This document shows positions 45,501 to 58,915 of a stretch of DNA of 64,000 nt, one piece after another (the first letter of the stretch is position 1; every line of letters starts with the position of its first letter). Origin of the DNA: Hyaloraphidium curvatum SAG 235-1 (Eukaryota > Fungi > Monoblepharomycota). The notes under the pieces were generated by a model. The model ran no database searches. It was not told where the DNA came from and saw nothing but the letters and a program-made list of their open reading frames with translations. Made by a program: the position numbers and the translations under genes. Location of the stretch: the NCBI GenBank assembly GCA_025558095.1, contig JAIVFI010000001.1, forward strand, positions 806,001 through 870,000. Reading direction: 5' to 3'.

Positions 45501-48500
45501 AAGAGGCTCCCAGTGTGAGTTTTTGACGTTGAAGTAATTCACAGCGATGCCGATGGGAAGTTCCAGGGATAGCTGGTATGCCGCAGGTTAGCGACCCAAC
45601 CGTGCAAGCGAGCGGCGGCCTGGGACCAACCGCTCCAGACCACTCGGTCGCCCGGAGAGTGAGGGGCATGATCCGGATCTTTCAAAAGGCGAGGGCGTTT
45701 CAGACAGGGGCAGATGCTCGGCTGATACCGGATGCTCACGTTTATCATCTGGATCATTGGATCCGTAACGTCATCGATGAGCACAATCTCCAATCCGCCG
45801 ACCCTCAAATCCAGCTGCAGAGACGAGTGAATCGCCGATCACGCCCCCGGCGAACAGGATGACGCACGAGCTCCGACTTTCGAGTTCCGCTCTCGGTAAC
45901 CGCAGTGGTTCCTTCGACACCGAGCGAGTTCTCGGGCTCCGGTGCGGCCGATGCATCTTTCGGCGGATGTCCCGGCGTGCCGTTCGACGCATCGCCCTGC
46001 TGTGCGGAGGAAAACTGGCTTGCGATGCTCGCGAGCTTGCTAAACAGGGCAAAGTCCCGATACGAGAAACGGATGTCGAGCGGCCTTTCTGGGCTAACAT
46101 CGACCATGATCTTCACAGCCGTCGGTGAAGTCTCGTAGTGCGCGTTGAGATCGAAGCCCGTCACCAATCGGAACCTGCCCGGCGATTAGACAGCAAATTG
46201 GGGCCATCCGAAGCGCAGTACGCACCGATTCTCGCCGCGCTTGTCGTTCATGTTCGAGAGAAACATTCCTGGGGAGCTACACTGAGCCGCGATGACCCGG
46301 TACGGCGGGCCTCGAACCCACCAGCTTGGCGCAACTGGACCCTCGTCGCCGAGTCCTGGTACACGACGATCTGATCCACACAGAGGGACACGGCCTCCGT
46401 CTCCTTCACTTTCGGATCGCCGAGCACCGCGATCTCCGCGTCCACGACGACAATCTTGTATGAAAGAGGGCCCGTGGCTGCGGGACTCGGTGACGCAGCG
46501 GGTGCCGAAACTCTCGAAAGAACGACGGCATCGCCGCCACCTTCCTCGGTGGGAAGCTGCTTATAGTACTTGGGGTGCATGAACCATTCCCAGATGTCGA
46601 ATATGTAGTCCAGCGACAGAATGATCTTGAGGCTTTCCAAGGACACCGTGACCTCGGTCGCATTCTTCCGGTCGCGCGAGTAGCGCACCATCAGCTGGTT
46701 CTTGCCGTATCTGTTCGAGGGCACGACCTCCTTGAAAACGCTGATGCTTTTGGGCCGTGCGTCGCTTGCGGCAAAGGAATTGACCACGACTTCGGCATCG
46801 ATGGCTCCGAGGTTCGACATGGCCGTTTTCACCGTGATGCCGTTGATGGCAAACTGACCGAGGCCGGTGCTGGCTAGCGCCGACTCCCCGACATCCATGG
46901 AGTCGGCCGTGAAAATCTCCAGCGCAAGGCTCGCGATCGAGACCGTCAAGTCCATTGACACCCAGGAAGCTTCTCCCGGCAAGGCCGGGGGATGCACGAC
47001 GGAGCTCCCTCCGGATCCGCCAGTGCCTTCGGCATGGGACGTCACGAGGTCCCCTTCAGGCGGCGGAGACGGTGCAGCGGAGTGCGCCTGTCGTTCTGCG
47101 GTCCCGCTCTCGGCGGGCTTCGGCTGCATCAAATGATCCACCATCTCCAACACAATGGCGTACTGCTTTTCGTGCAGCCTGACGGCGGCTTCGCTGATGT
47201 CGGCGTCGACCTGCAGAATGTCAGACATTTCGCGTCGGTACGATGCGACGCATTCACCTGCAAAGCGGGGATGATGGGGTCCCGCATGTCTTGCCGGAAC
47301 TTCATCGCGACCTTCCAGTTAACGTCGCGAATGATTGCCAGTCGTTGTTCGAACGAGTTACTGGCGTCCAAGTAAATCGAAGACATAAGCTTCATAGACC
47401 GAACATCCAGCAGGATCTCGTTGATGACGTTCGATGGCGCGACGCTACCGTCCAAAGGCGCGCCGGTAGGCCCAAGAAACCTGTTTGAACAGCTTATCTC
47501 GCCGAGGTACGCCTCCAACATATCCCGCGAGTTCTCCAGAGGTCTTGGCAGGACGACAATTGGCGTCTTGATGAAGACCTTGAAGTGGAATCTGCCAGTC
47601 GCCTCCTGAAGATACGCCGCCGAGTTCGCGGCCGACCTGCAGAACTATCGCGGTCAAGCGAAGAGCAACCAGCGACCAGGCCAGACACGCACCGTCTCGC
47701 GGCTTCCATGGCCGCTCTTGCCGAGCTCAGATCGTTCAGCCATTCCAGGACGGCGAACAACAGGTAATCAAGGTAAACAATCCTGACAGACTCGGTCGAG
47801 AGCTCCACAGACGAGTCGTAGCCGGGAAAATCGGGATGTCTCATGTCATAGGTCTGGAATTTGAACTCGGCCACCTGGTCTCCGTTGAAGCGGACGAACT
47901 CGGAGAACCCAGGTCGGCGCCTCATGTCGTCCTCTATCGTGAGCGATCCGAGTCGGCCGGAAACCGTGATCGTTTCCTTGAGGTGGATCGACAAAGCGCC
48001 TTGGCCCAAGGTTCCAGAAGCGATCCGAGAGCCGCGCCGGTTCACGATGAGAGCGATCTGCGTCATGCTCAAATCGATAGTCATCGCAGTGGCCACCGCG
48101 GTCTGCTCGCCCCCAGCTGTCACGTTGGCGCGGGTCGCCGTTGCTCCGTCCGTCCGAGACGCTGGATCGCCAGCAGGGACCGGAATAGAATCCGTTTCCT
48201 TGAGGACCTCGAGGGTATTCGATGGGCCACCCTTTTCCGCCGGTGGAGATGCGAAGGTGACCATGACAAAGTCTTGGATTTGAAGGAGCGAATCCGCGGT
48301 CAGCATCAGCGTGACCGACGCGAAGGAAACCACAACGGTGTGATCCAGGCCGGCGAAGTCCGGGTGCGATCTCTGAAGCCCACGATATGCAACCTCAATG
48401 AACCATTGTGATCCGCCTTCCTTGAGCTCCTGTTCATCCGTTGTGCTTTCCAACAGCATGTCGAACTCGGGTCCGTAGGTCTGCATTCGGTCGACGATGG

Positions 48501-51500
48501 CCACTTTGCCCACGAAAACTCCGACCTCGAGATCCAAGGGCCGGACCGTCACGTCGACGCCGAAGTTGGTGACACGCAGGTCAGCCAGCGGTTTCTCGTC
48601 CGGAACCGTGTCTGCAACGTCAGGCCCAATCGACCGGCGCACCGATGCCGACATGGTGTTGACCTTTAGCTTGAAAAGTACGGATACGTGGGTGTAATCG
48701 TCCTTTGATGGCGGCGGCACCGCGGCAGCATCTTTTGCCACCAAAGGTGCTTCGGGAGCATCGAAGAAACTGTCACCGGCAACAATCTCGGGGTCGCCGG
48801 TCGGGAACAGCGCGGGAGTCGAAAACCCGAGGCCCGTGATCGTCCGTTGCGTCCTCTTCTTTGCTGATGCGTCCAAAGCCGGTGGCGGCCCACCATGTGC
48901 ACTGTTACTGCCAATCAGTATCTGGACAGCGTTCATTACACCCCTGTACTTGTGATCAGAAAAGTTCAGATGAAGCCTGTCGACACTGAGAGCAAGCCGG
49001 AGACGTGGCAGTTCCGCTTCGTTGGGCAGCAGGCATGCTTCAATGACCAGTTCCAAGTCAATCCTTTCGAAAACATGGTACGCGGGATCGGCAACCGGTG
49101 CCACGAGCTGCTCGATGCAGGTCTTGAAGTCCCTGCCCATTACAAGCTGATGACGCGGCTCAAATGAGCTTCACTCGCGGCAACAAAGCGATGCAGACCC
49201 ACCTGGACGTTCCTGAGCTCGCAAGAATACCGATCGTACATGGAGGCTTTGAGGCGCTCGTAGTCCCGATCGTCCAGTGCCTTCCCTTGTCGATTCCTTA
49301 TGTCCCTCTTCAGCTCGGGGTCCACGGGCTTGCTTTCCACGATCAGGCGACCCATGTCCAGAACGACAAGGGGAGACGAGGGATCGGTGACGCTGCACCG
49401 CGACGTGAGACGGTTGGACCGGGTCGGAACGGCGTTGAAGCCACCTTTCGGGCACGACAATAACCGGCGCTTCGGCATCGATGTGCAGCACCGTGGTCTT
49501 TTTCTGGAGGAGAATGAACTCGAAGCCGGCCCTCGTCTGCCAAGTTAGACCCTTGATGGTGTCCTCGGCAGCGTACTGCGTATCGTCAATTCCACGACTC
49601 GGGCACACACGCGTGGTCCAACCTTGATCATCTCCACGGTGTCGCTTTCGCTTTCTGGCCTCGAGAAGAACTTCGTGACCGCCGTGATGGCCAACGGATT
49701 GTGCACGTATTCGACCGGCAGCATTTCAAGCTTCACGTCGTGGTCCACCGAGTCGTTGCCCGGTGGATTCTGCTCGTACGAGAGAAAGAAGAAAGGCTTC
49801 GAGTCTCGTTCCAAGGTCTTCAAGTCCTTGGACTGTTTGGCGGACATCAACACAGGATAGAGGGTGCCCGGTGTGGAGTTGTCCTGCAGCGTGATGTTGC
49901 CAATCTTGGCGTCCGATTTGAAAGACGTCGGGCGCTGGAAGTACGACCCGCGGAGCCCCTCAAAGACGATCGAGACCAGGTCCGTGGTCGTGCCGGCATC
50001 GCTCCGGGTCTTGAGGTTGATGGAGCCAGACGTTAAGGCAAACGCAACTTGAAATAGGACATGCTGCGTGGCGAGCTATTGAATCTGGCCCACGGATTGG
50101 CTGCACAAACTCTCACATCGGGCGGGAAAACCATGTCCCGCTGAGGCTCGTCGGGATTGTACTCGATCATCTTGTAGATCCTCTGGATGTCTTCCTCTGT
50201 CAGAGCTGGTTCGGGCTGCGACGAGTGTCAACCGCCGGCCGCCAAAGCTCGAGCAATAGGAGCTTTACTTGTTCCACGGCAGCCTTGTCCGGTTCAGCGC
50301 TCGCCCCGCTCCACCAACTCGAAATCCAGCCAAACGTGGACTTGCTCGCTGTCGGAGGGTTGCTGCGGGGTTCGGATGCGGCTGCAAGAGGTGCCGAACT
50401 CGAGGACGGTGGTTGTTGCGGGCTCGCCTTAGGAGCCGGGCCCTCCTTTTTGAGGTCTATGGCGACCATTACGCGGTAACGTCGAAGGTCATCGAACGAG
50501 AGCTTGCGTTCCAACGCCTCGAGCCCCATGCTCTCCTGAAAAAGCGAGTCGTCGACCGCCTCCCCTGGCGAAAGCGCGTTTGCACAACTCACGTCGATTG
50601 AAAGCACTGCTCCAGTCTTCACTTTTCTCCAGAGGCGAAGGTAGGCGACCCGGTCGTCCCTGCGCTCCCTGATGAAATCCCACGTCCACTTTCGATTCCG
50701 CTCGTGGATGTCGAAGAGCACGGCCTTTCCGGCAAAGCGGATCCAAGCGCCGGGATCCATCTTGGGGGTGACTCCGCGTGGTGGGTGGAGGGCCCGGTAC
50801 TGATCCATGCGGAGTCGCTCAGCGCATGACCATGGCTGGGAACTCGAGATCCTACCCTTTGCGCGATGGTGAAGGCGGTAAAGCCACCCAGGAGCAGCAT
50901 GACGCTGGAGTATTGGTTGTTGTCGAGGACGAGAGCGAATTCGTTGAATTCAAAGTCGCCGACGTTTGGGTTGCCCCGGACAACCTGTTTCTTGTGCATC
51001 GTGAGCTGCGGGACGGGGAACATCAGCGCGATCCTCCACTGCGCCGTCCCGACTTGCCTTGCCCGTCCCTGAAACGGGACGCAGCACATATTGGTGGCTT
51101 GGCATGTTGCTTGCGGTAGCGATCTGTAGGGGTTGCAGATAACCACAAGACCGCTACGCCCCTGCGGCAAAGGCCTACGTTGCGCTTGAAAGCAGCCAAA
51201 AACTCGTCCAACGAGGCGAAAGATCCGGCCCACATCTCTGTATCGGTGTTGAAGTACGCTGCAAGAGATCGCAGTTCGAGGAGCTGTCAACGGCAGAGGA
51301 ATCCATCAGCCACGCTGCGAGTGGCGCAAGGCAAGCCTGCAGTCCTGACTTTGTAGGTCACGTCATCTGTAGATGCAAACGCCGGCTTCCAATCCTTCGT
51401 GGTAGTATGGGCAGACAGCGTCGACAGCGTGAAACCGACGGCAAAGGGGTGCTGGAAGCACGAGCAACCATGAACGTCACGGGTGGGGCTTTTTGAAGCT

Positions 51501-52263
51501 GTACGTACGGAAGCGTTGCTTGTCTTGTCCTCATAGCGGATATGGATGTTTTCGATCGTGACCTCGAGGTTGTTAACGATCTTTCGCACCAACGACGAAA
51601 CGAACGACTCCTGCTGAACTTGAGACGCCTGGTCTAGAATCATCACAACCATAGCGTCAAAGCTGTCACCCATCTCAAGAACACGGACCTACCTTGCTTG
51701 TCTCCCGTCACGGTCGATATGAGGAGTTCGTCAAACGTGGCCAGCTTGTCCATCTTTGCCTTCTGGAGGCGCTCCTCCTCCAGCACCGGGTCGTACTTCC
51801 AAGTTGTCTACGTCAGGCTCGGACCAAGCCCAGACGCACGGCGACACGTGCCTCCGACTCCGCCTTCGGCCCCGCGAGCACGTATAGATCCTTCACTTGA
51901 ACCCTGACAGAGGAGCCACTCAAATCGCTCCACGGGATGACTAGCTTGAGCTCCCCAAGATAGCCTTCGCTCAATCGTAAGCATACGTAGGCCCAGGATG
52001 GCGACACGGCTGCCCCACCCTCCACGACATCGATCGGGAGGTTGAACTTGTCCAGAGCCTCCCGCTTCAGCCTCAAGTTCCGCAGCACGACATCGCCTCC
52101 AGATAGGGTCAACATCGTCCCCGACAAGCAGCACAACGCGTCGAAACGCGTCGCGACGCGACCCACCCTTCCAGACCGCCACGTTGAGCTGCGACTGCTC
52201 CAAGTTCTGAACATACTGCCCCACGGTTCGGTTCAAGACCGAGGCCAGGAGGTTCTCTAGCAT
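39502..52263 (-). CDS. VPS13: Vacuolar protein sorting 13 (bridge-like lipid transfer protein), many introns
   Basis: Chorein N-terminus [32 protein letters not shown]; [19 protein letters not shown]; [17 protein letters not shown]; [10 protein letters not shown]; [12 protein letters not shown]; [31 protein letters not shown]. Confidence 0.96.
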
Positions 52264-52588
52264 GCTGCCCGAGAGCTACGGCCGACCGAGCGGTCGCCGC
52301 CGCACTCTGGCGCCGCCCCAGTCAAGTCCGCGATCGGTGCCGCGACCGCGGACGCAGCGATCGAGAAGAAGCCGACACCGCAGCGTCCCCCGACCAGCTG
52401 CTGACGATGAAGCAGCACTAAGAACGTGTACCGTCCCCGCGCATATTGGCGGTTGGGCGATGGGGCGAGATCGGTGCCGGCTGGGTGCCCCCCGCGGCCG
52501 GGCGACGCATCGATCCTGATCAGCCCGCTGAGGACGCCCAAAACACCAGGCGTCCTTGGGGCCAGGCTCCGACGCTCACTCTACTCCG

Positions 52589-55393
52589 ATGAGGCGCTCG
52601 GCGGCACACGGCAGTCAACCATCGTCCGTGCAGCGGGCGAATGGCGCCTCTCCGGCTCCGAGTCCGGCGCCCTCAGCCCCGAATGCCGCAACCACCGTGG
52701 GACTTGGCTTTTCGACGGCTTCTCCGCGAGTCGCTGACTCCGGTGCTACCCACCAGACTCAGCATTGTGTATGCTGCGATACGGCTCTGCGCTTCCCGGC
52801 CGAGGTGCCAGCGTTCCGGTCGGTCGCCCCGGGCAACCTCTATGTCCGCACTGACTCCGGCGACACGCGACAGATGTGTCGTTTGCGACACCATCTGCGA
52901 CCTGAACCCGACATCTGCGCCGAAGAATCCGCAGCCTTTGACCTTGGAGAAGGTCCGCCTTTATGCCACCGCGGTGTCGAACAAGACATGCGAACCGCCG
53001 GTGTTTCGGACCATGCTGGCGAACGCTTTTGGGAGCTCGTACAACCTAAATCGGAGCTTCCCGAAGGGTAACGTCGGCTTGCAGAACCCGGGCGTGGACA
53101 TGGCCGACGTGCGGGAGGCGTACCGAATAGTTGGGAGGATGGCTCCCGACTTTACCGAGGCCATCACGGAGGGAATGGAAAAGACCCTTCGGAGGCCGGG
53201 TCGTCGACTTGCGGAAGCGCAGGACGTTCGCTTCCTTCTCGTCCTGTTGGATTATCCTCTTTTCGTGAAGCAGTCTGCGGAGCAGGCTCACCGGTACCAC
53301 CAGCTGCTATCCCGCTTGCTGGGGCTCATGAGCACTCTGAGCAACGATCTTCACCGGCATCTTGTGTCGTGGTTCACCTTGGACCCGGAAGACGTGTTCC
53401 ACCGGCGCGTGGACATGATCAACTACTTCTTGACTTTCCGTCTCACCCGCGTGGAGGGTATGCGCGAACGGTATCCGACGGACTGGTGCGTGAAGGCGGC
53501 GGCCCGCGTCATGGCGCTGTTGTGTGAGTGAATTCAAGGCTCTCTCGGTGATGACGTCTCTGACGTTGCGGAGCAGTCGCCGCCAACGGCATGAGGACGC
53601 GCGGACGGCTTCCGACCGCCGTGTTTTACAACTCGGTGATCGACTACCTCGATTTCCAGAAGGATTTCCAGCGGTGGCAGGAAGAACGAGGTCTCTTCAG
53701 CTTCTGCCAGTATCCCTTCCTTATCTCGCTCGGGTCAAAGATGCTCATCCTGGAGTTCGATGCCAAACGGACCATGGGCGAGTGCGGCTTATGTTCGCTG
53801 CGGCAAATTCGGCTGATGTCCTCTGCAGCGGAGAAATTCCGGGAAGCCTTCGTCATCTCGGCGCTGCACGGCCTTCCCACAGATCCCTTCTTGTCCCTCC
53901 ATGTGCGCAGGAACCACCTCGTGGAGGATTCGTTGAACCAGCTTTCGAAGCTGCGGGCGGTAGACCTCAAAAAGCGGCTGCGCATCGAGTTTGTTAACGA
54001 GGACGGTGAGATAAGGCGGCGGGTCTTATAGCGTCGAGGATGCTAACCACGTCTTTGCACAGGCGTCGACGCTGGTTCGCCTCGCGTGGCTGTCGCCATT
54101 TGCCGATCCTCACCGCTGAATTCCCTCAGGTGGTCTTACAAAGGAGTGGTTTCTGCTGCTCGTTCGCCAGTTGCTCGATCCGAACTACGGGTTGTTCGTG
54201 TACGACGAGGACTCGCGGTTGGCGTGGTTCAATTCCTGGAGCTTCGAGGTAGCGACGAGTGCTTGCTTTTGGGCGCAGCAAACTGACGAGTGTCTTGCGA
54301 ATCAGACCACCGCCGAGTACCACTTGATCGGGATGGTCATCGGATTGGCCATCTACCAATCCACCATCCTCGATATTCCGTTCCCCCCGGCTCTTTACAA
54401 GAAGCTTCTGGGTCATCCTCCGACTTTCGAAGATTTCACGATCCTGCACCCCGCTCTCGGCCGCGGCCTGCAGCAGATGCTGGCATTCGATGGCTCCGTC
54501 CAGGTGCGCCGTTGCGGATGCCATGCCAGTCCGCCGGTGCTCACCGGGTGGCAAACAGGACGTGTTCTGCAGGGAGTTCGTTGTCGAAGTCGAGTACTTT
54601 GGCAAGACGGAACGAGTACCGCTCAAGGACGGGGGCGAGCGCATACCCGTGACAAACCAAAATCGACAAGAGTATGTCAACCTGCTCGTGGACTGGACGT
54701 TCAACAAGCAAGCCGCGAAGCAGTTTGAGGCCTTCAAGTCTGGTTTCGACACGGTGTGCAGGGGCTCGCCGCTGACCCTGCTCAAGCCCGATGGTGCGTA
54801 GCGCAGCGCATTATGCGATTGGAAGGCCATTCGCTGAAGCACGGTGTCGGAAGAACTCGAACTGCTCGTCCGCGGCGACCCGGAGATTGACTTCAAGGGC
54901 TTGGTGGGTAGACGAGGCGATTGGACAGCTGCGGAACGCAAAGACTCATCCCATGATCGCAGGAGGCCGTGGCAGAGTACGAAGGCTTCACAAAGGAAGA
55001 GCCAGTCATTCGGTGGCTGTGGGAGACGGTGGCGTCGTATCCACCCGAGTCGCAACGGAAGTTCCTCATGTTCTTCACCGGCTCGGACCGCGTCATCCCG
55101 ACCGGGTCGCACACGATGCAGGTCAAAGTGTCGTGCGCCGGTGTGTTGCTTTCGTTTCCGCCACGATTGAGCTCATTCCTCTGTGCCCTGCCTGTAGGAC
55201 CCGATTCCGAGAGGCTACCAGGTAGGAGGATCGTCATCTGAAGTCTGGGCGGGTTCGCTGACGGACCGTATCGTTTGCAGTTGCGCACACGTGCTTCAAT
55301 CAGATCTTGCTATACCGCTACTCTTCAAAGCACAAGCTGGACCAGAAGCTGCGCATGGCGATCAACGAGAGCTCGGGCTTTGCGTTGAAGTAG
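52589..55393 (+). CDS. HECT-domain E3 ubiquitin ligase (Hul4/HECTD2/HERC4-like), spliced; start uncertain
   Basis: [81 protein letters not shown]; N-terminal CxCC..CxxC. Confidence 0.93.
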
Positions 55394-55403
55394 CTGTCTT
55401 TAT

Positions 55404-57745
55404 TCAATCATCTATGAGCACCGGCCCTGCAACCTCGTTGTCGGCCGGCACTTTGCGGACCGTTTCCGCAGCAGGCGGCGGCAGCGCTGTTTCTTCAGCG
55501 GCAGCCGCCACTAGCGTCTTGCGCGGTCTGAGTTCCGGCCGAGTCAGGATTTGGCGCTGTTTGCTGCAGGGTAGGTTTAGCGACCCGTAACCAAACGCCG
55601 ATAATCCAACGCACCGGCTCAGGACGAAGAGGAAGAAGGAGCTTATCCCCTCGTCGTCATCCTGGTCCACGCGCACGTCCAGCACCGTGCCGTGGGTGAT
55701 ACCGAGATCTTCTAGCGTCCTCTCCAAGACGTCGTCTTCGACGTCGGGATCGTATAGAAGCCTGTAGCGAGCAAAGGTCATTGAACGAGAATCGACGCAG
55801 TCCAGGGCAGGTAGACTTGCCTGGACCCGTTCTCGATCGTGAGCTCCCCTGGCAAGCCGAGGCCAGATTCGGCGTCGCGCAGCACGTCTTCGACGAGTCC
55901 CCCGAGGGTGGTCTCGGCCGTGTCGATGGCCAGGACGCAGAAGCCAGACTGGCACACGGCGCATTCCGGGTTTGGCGGCCGGAGGCCCTCCTTGCCGAAC
56001 GCATCCGGGTCCCCGATCACCCTCTTGTTCTTGGTGTAGACCACCGAGCAGGTATCCAGGTCCCCGGCAAGGATCTTGAAAGCTTCCAGCACTATGAAGC
56101 CCGCCACGATCGCGTTGGTGGTTGCTACCGCCGGAATGATGTTGCCGGCCATCTCTGCGCGCAGATGCGGGGCTCATGCGGCCGACCCCGACGGCGGGCA
56201 AGCTGCGGCGCACCTTTGCTCTTGAACCTGCTCAGCATCGGGATCCCGTAGACGGCCGCGCGAAGATTTGCCGTCGCAGCGACAAAGTCCATCACGTCGT
56301 CGTCGTCCTTGTCGAACGAGAGGCTGGCACTCGGGTCCGTCTGCCGGTCGGCGAGCAGCCGGGAACAAAGCTTTTCGACGCTCGAAGTGAACATGTCCAT
56401 GTTGTCCTCCAGGCTTCCGACCTTCTGGTCCCTCGCGGCCCTGCTCGCACCTTCTTGAGCAGCTGGCGCTCCCGGCGCAGAGGCCCCGTCCCCGTTGAGC
56501 CTGCGCCGCTTACTGTCGCCCTTGATGCTGCCGTCGAGCGGTGTCGGAGGGGTCCTCGTCTTCCACAGGTCCTTCATCTCCAGCAAGCGCTTGACGTCGG
56601 AGACAAACACCTGCCGCCGGGCCGTGAGCGACGGCTCCTCCAATCTGCCGCAGCCACCGGACCTTCTCAAAAAGCAAGGTGGGAAAGGCCTCACTCCCGA
56701 TGGAGCCGCGAAGTTCCTTTAGTGCGGCAGCCTCCCGCTTGAGGTTTTCTATCTCCTCGGCTGTTCCGGAGGGTCAGTCACGATTCGCACACATCACAGG
56801 TGCACTTGCCGTTATCGGAGCCGAAATCGGTGTTCCCGTTATCCTCCTCGTCGGCTTCCGGGCCGAAGATCTGGCTGCAAACCGGCGTCAGGACGCAAGC
56901 GAACCACAACCCGCAGCGAGCAGCACCTGAAGAGATAGTCCTTGGCCCACACGATACAGTGGATCGGCAGCGACGGCGTGCTCCGAATGGTGCAGACCGC
57001 AAAGGTCTTTGGCGTCGGTACCGGCTGACAGTCGTAGCAAGCCGTCTTTCCCTGCGTCGGACGACATCAACGCGGGTTCCGACAACGAGCTCCGGGTCGG
57101 CGCAACCTTGCTGATGACCGATACCTGGCCGGCGTAACCCGCGGTGCCGGATTCGACGAGCGGCACGTTGGCTGCGAGACACATACGGTTCACGTACCGC
57201 CGGGCGTCTGGGGACTGCGATCAGCTGCGCCAGAGCACCGGGAACCTCGGCTGCGCGCTGACCGATGTTGTCCAGAGCATTCACCACCAGGGTGAAGCCA
57301 CTGAACCACTCGACGTCAAACTGCTTGTCCTTGATGTTGGCGTGGTACGAGAAGACCTTGGCGTCGGGATTGAACTGCAGCGCCGTCTCCCGCGCGACCT
57401 GCAAAGCATTCAGCCCGCCGGCAGCGTGTGAGGCCGACCAGCCCCACGTGAGCTTTGGACTTGGAGATGTGCTGCCGCTGGAAGAGAAACTGCCGGTTGA
57501 GATTCGACAGGTCTATCGTGTCGAGGTCGACCTGGCGAGGTCCACGTCCGTGAATGGCCCCATGCGACTGGCCGTGAGCCGGCTCGCACCACGTGGATCT
57601 CCCCGAAGCCGCTGAGCACCAGGTTCTTCAGGAGCTCGCACCCGATTCCGCCGGCGCCGACCATGAGGACGCGACTGGACGCGATCTTGGCATGCTGGCC
57701 GCCCAGGTTGGACGCCAGGAAGCCCGTGCGGTCCGCCACCATCAT
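55404..57745 (-). CDS. UBA2: SUMO-activating enzyme subunit 2, spliced
   Basis: [109 protein letters not shown]. Confidence 0.95.
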
Positions 57746-57842
57746 TTTGGCCCGTAAGATACGTTTGAGCTCCCAGTTCGCTCTCCCCTGGAAGAGTCCG
57801 TGAAGAGTGGCTGTGCAAGGCGAGACGGCCTTCCCCTTCCCC

Positions 57843-58898
57843 ATGCTCGCGCTACGCGTTCTTTCGAGTCGGCGCGGCTTCTCGCTGCGGAAATATGATG
57901 GTGTCGTCCTCCTTCACGCGAAACGGAGCGCGATTCCCCGCTGCGCGCGTTTGCCGGGCGTCTTCCCGGCGAGGCCAGCCTGGGGTGCTTTTCGCGCCTC
58001 ATCGCAGAATGCGCGCGACGGCAAGCCAGTGGAGCAAAGCTCCGCACCGAGGCCCCCTGCTGGTCGCCAGAAGCCCGCGCTTCTGGCCAAGGAGGACATC
58101 TACACCGTGCCGAACCTCCTCACGTTCACGCGGCTCGTGCTCTCTCCGGTGCTGGGATACTTCGTGCTCCACGGCCAGTTCGGATACGCGTTCGGGCTGT
58201 TTGTTTACATGGGGGCGACGGATTTCGTGGACGGGTACATCGCGCGCCGGTTCAACCAGAGGACGATGCTGGGGACGGTGCTGGATCCCCTCGCCGACAA
58301 GGTCCTCATGACGACCCTGACGGTCACTCTAATGAGCGCGGACAGACTACCCGGTGCGTGTTGTGGGCTTTGGTGACGGAAAACGGATCAGTGACTTTGG
58401 TTCAGTCTACCTCGGCGCGATGATCCTGGGTCGGGACCTCGGGCTTCTCGCTGCCTCGTTCACCTACCGCTGGATGACCCTTCCCGAACCGGTTGGGTCT
58501 TGAGCGTCGCTTCCCCACGAAACGTGCTGACAGACGGCATGCCTTCAGCGTAGCTTCCAGCGGTACTGGGACCTTTCACTCCCAACCGCGGAAGTGACGC
58601 CGAGTGCGCTGAGCAAGGTGATTTTGGGGAAACAACATTTGCGTCTTCTTGCTCAAACAGATCCCAGCTCAATACGGTGCTGCAGCTGTTGTTGATGGGT
58701 ACATCACTCGCGTTGCCCGCGTTTTCCATGCCGGAGCTGTTCTTCATGGAACCCCTTAGGTAGGCGGGTCAGGTGCAGTTATCCCAGGTATCGTAATGCC
58801 ATTGAGACAGCTACACCGTGGCCGCGACCACCGCGTTGAGCACCATACAGTACTTGATTAAGCCGCCAATTCGGCGCCTCCCACCGCCGAAAAGGTGA
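57843..58898 (+). CDS. CRD1: Cardiolipin synthase (CDP-alcohol phosphatidyltransferase), spliced
   Basis: [56 protein letters not shown]; presequence-like N-terminus. Confidence 0.9.
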
Positions 58899-58915
58899 TT
58901 AGCGAGCAATCGAGA

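Noticed and set aside
58896-58901. Directly abutting convergent stop codons (TGA/TTA)
   Set aside because: The TMEM115 frame (ALALKALDQRL) ends at 58916; the ORF ending at 58899 is a different frame.
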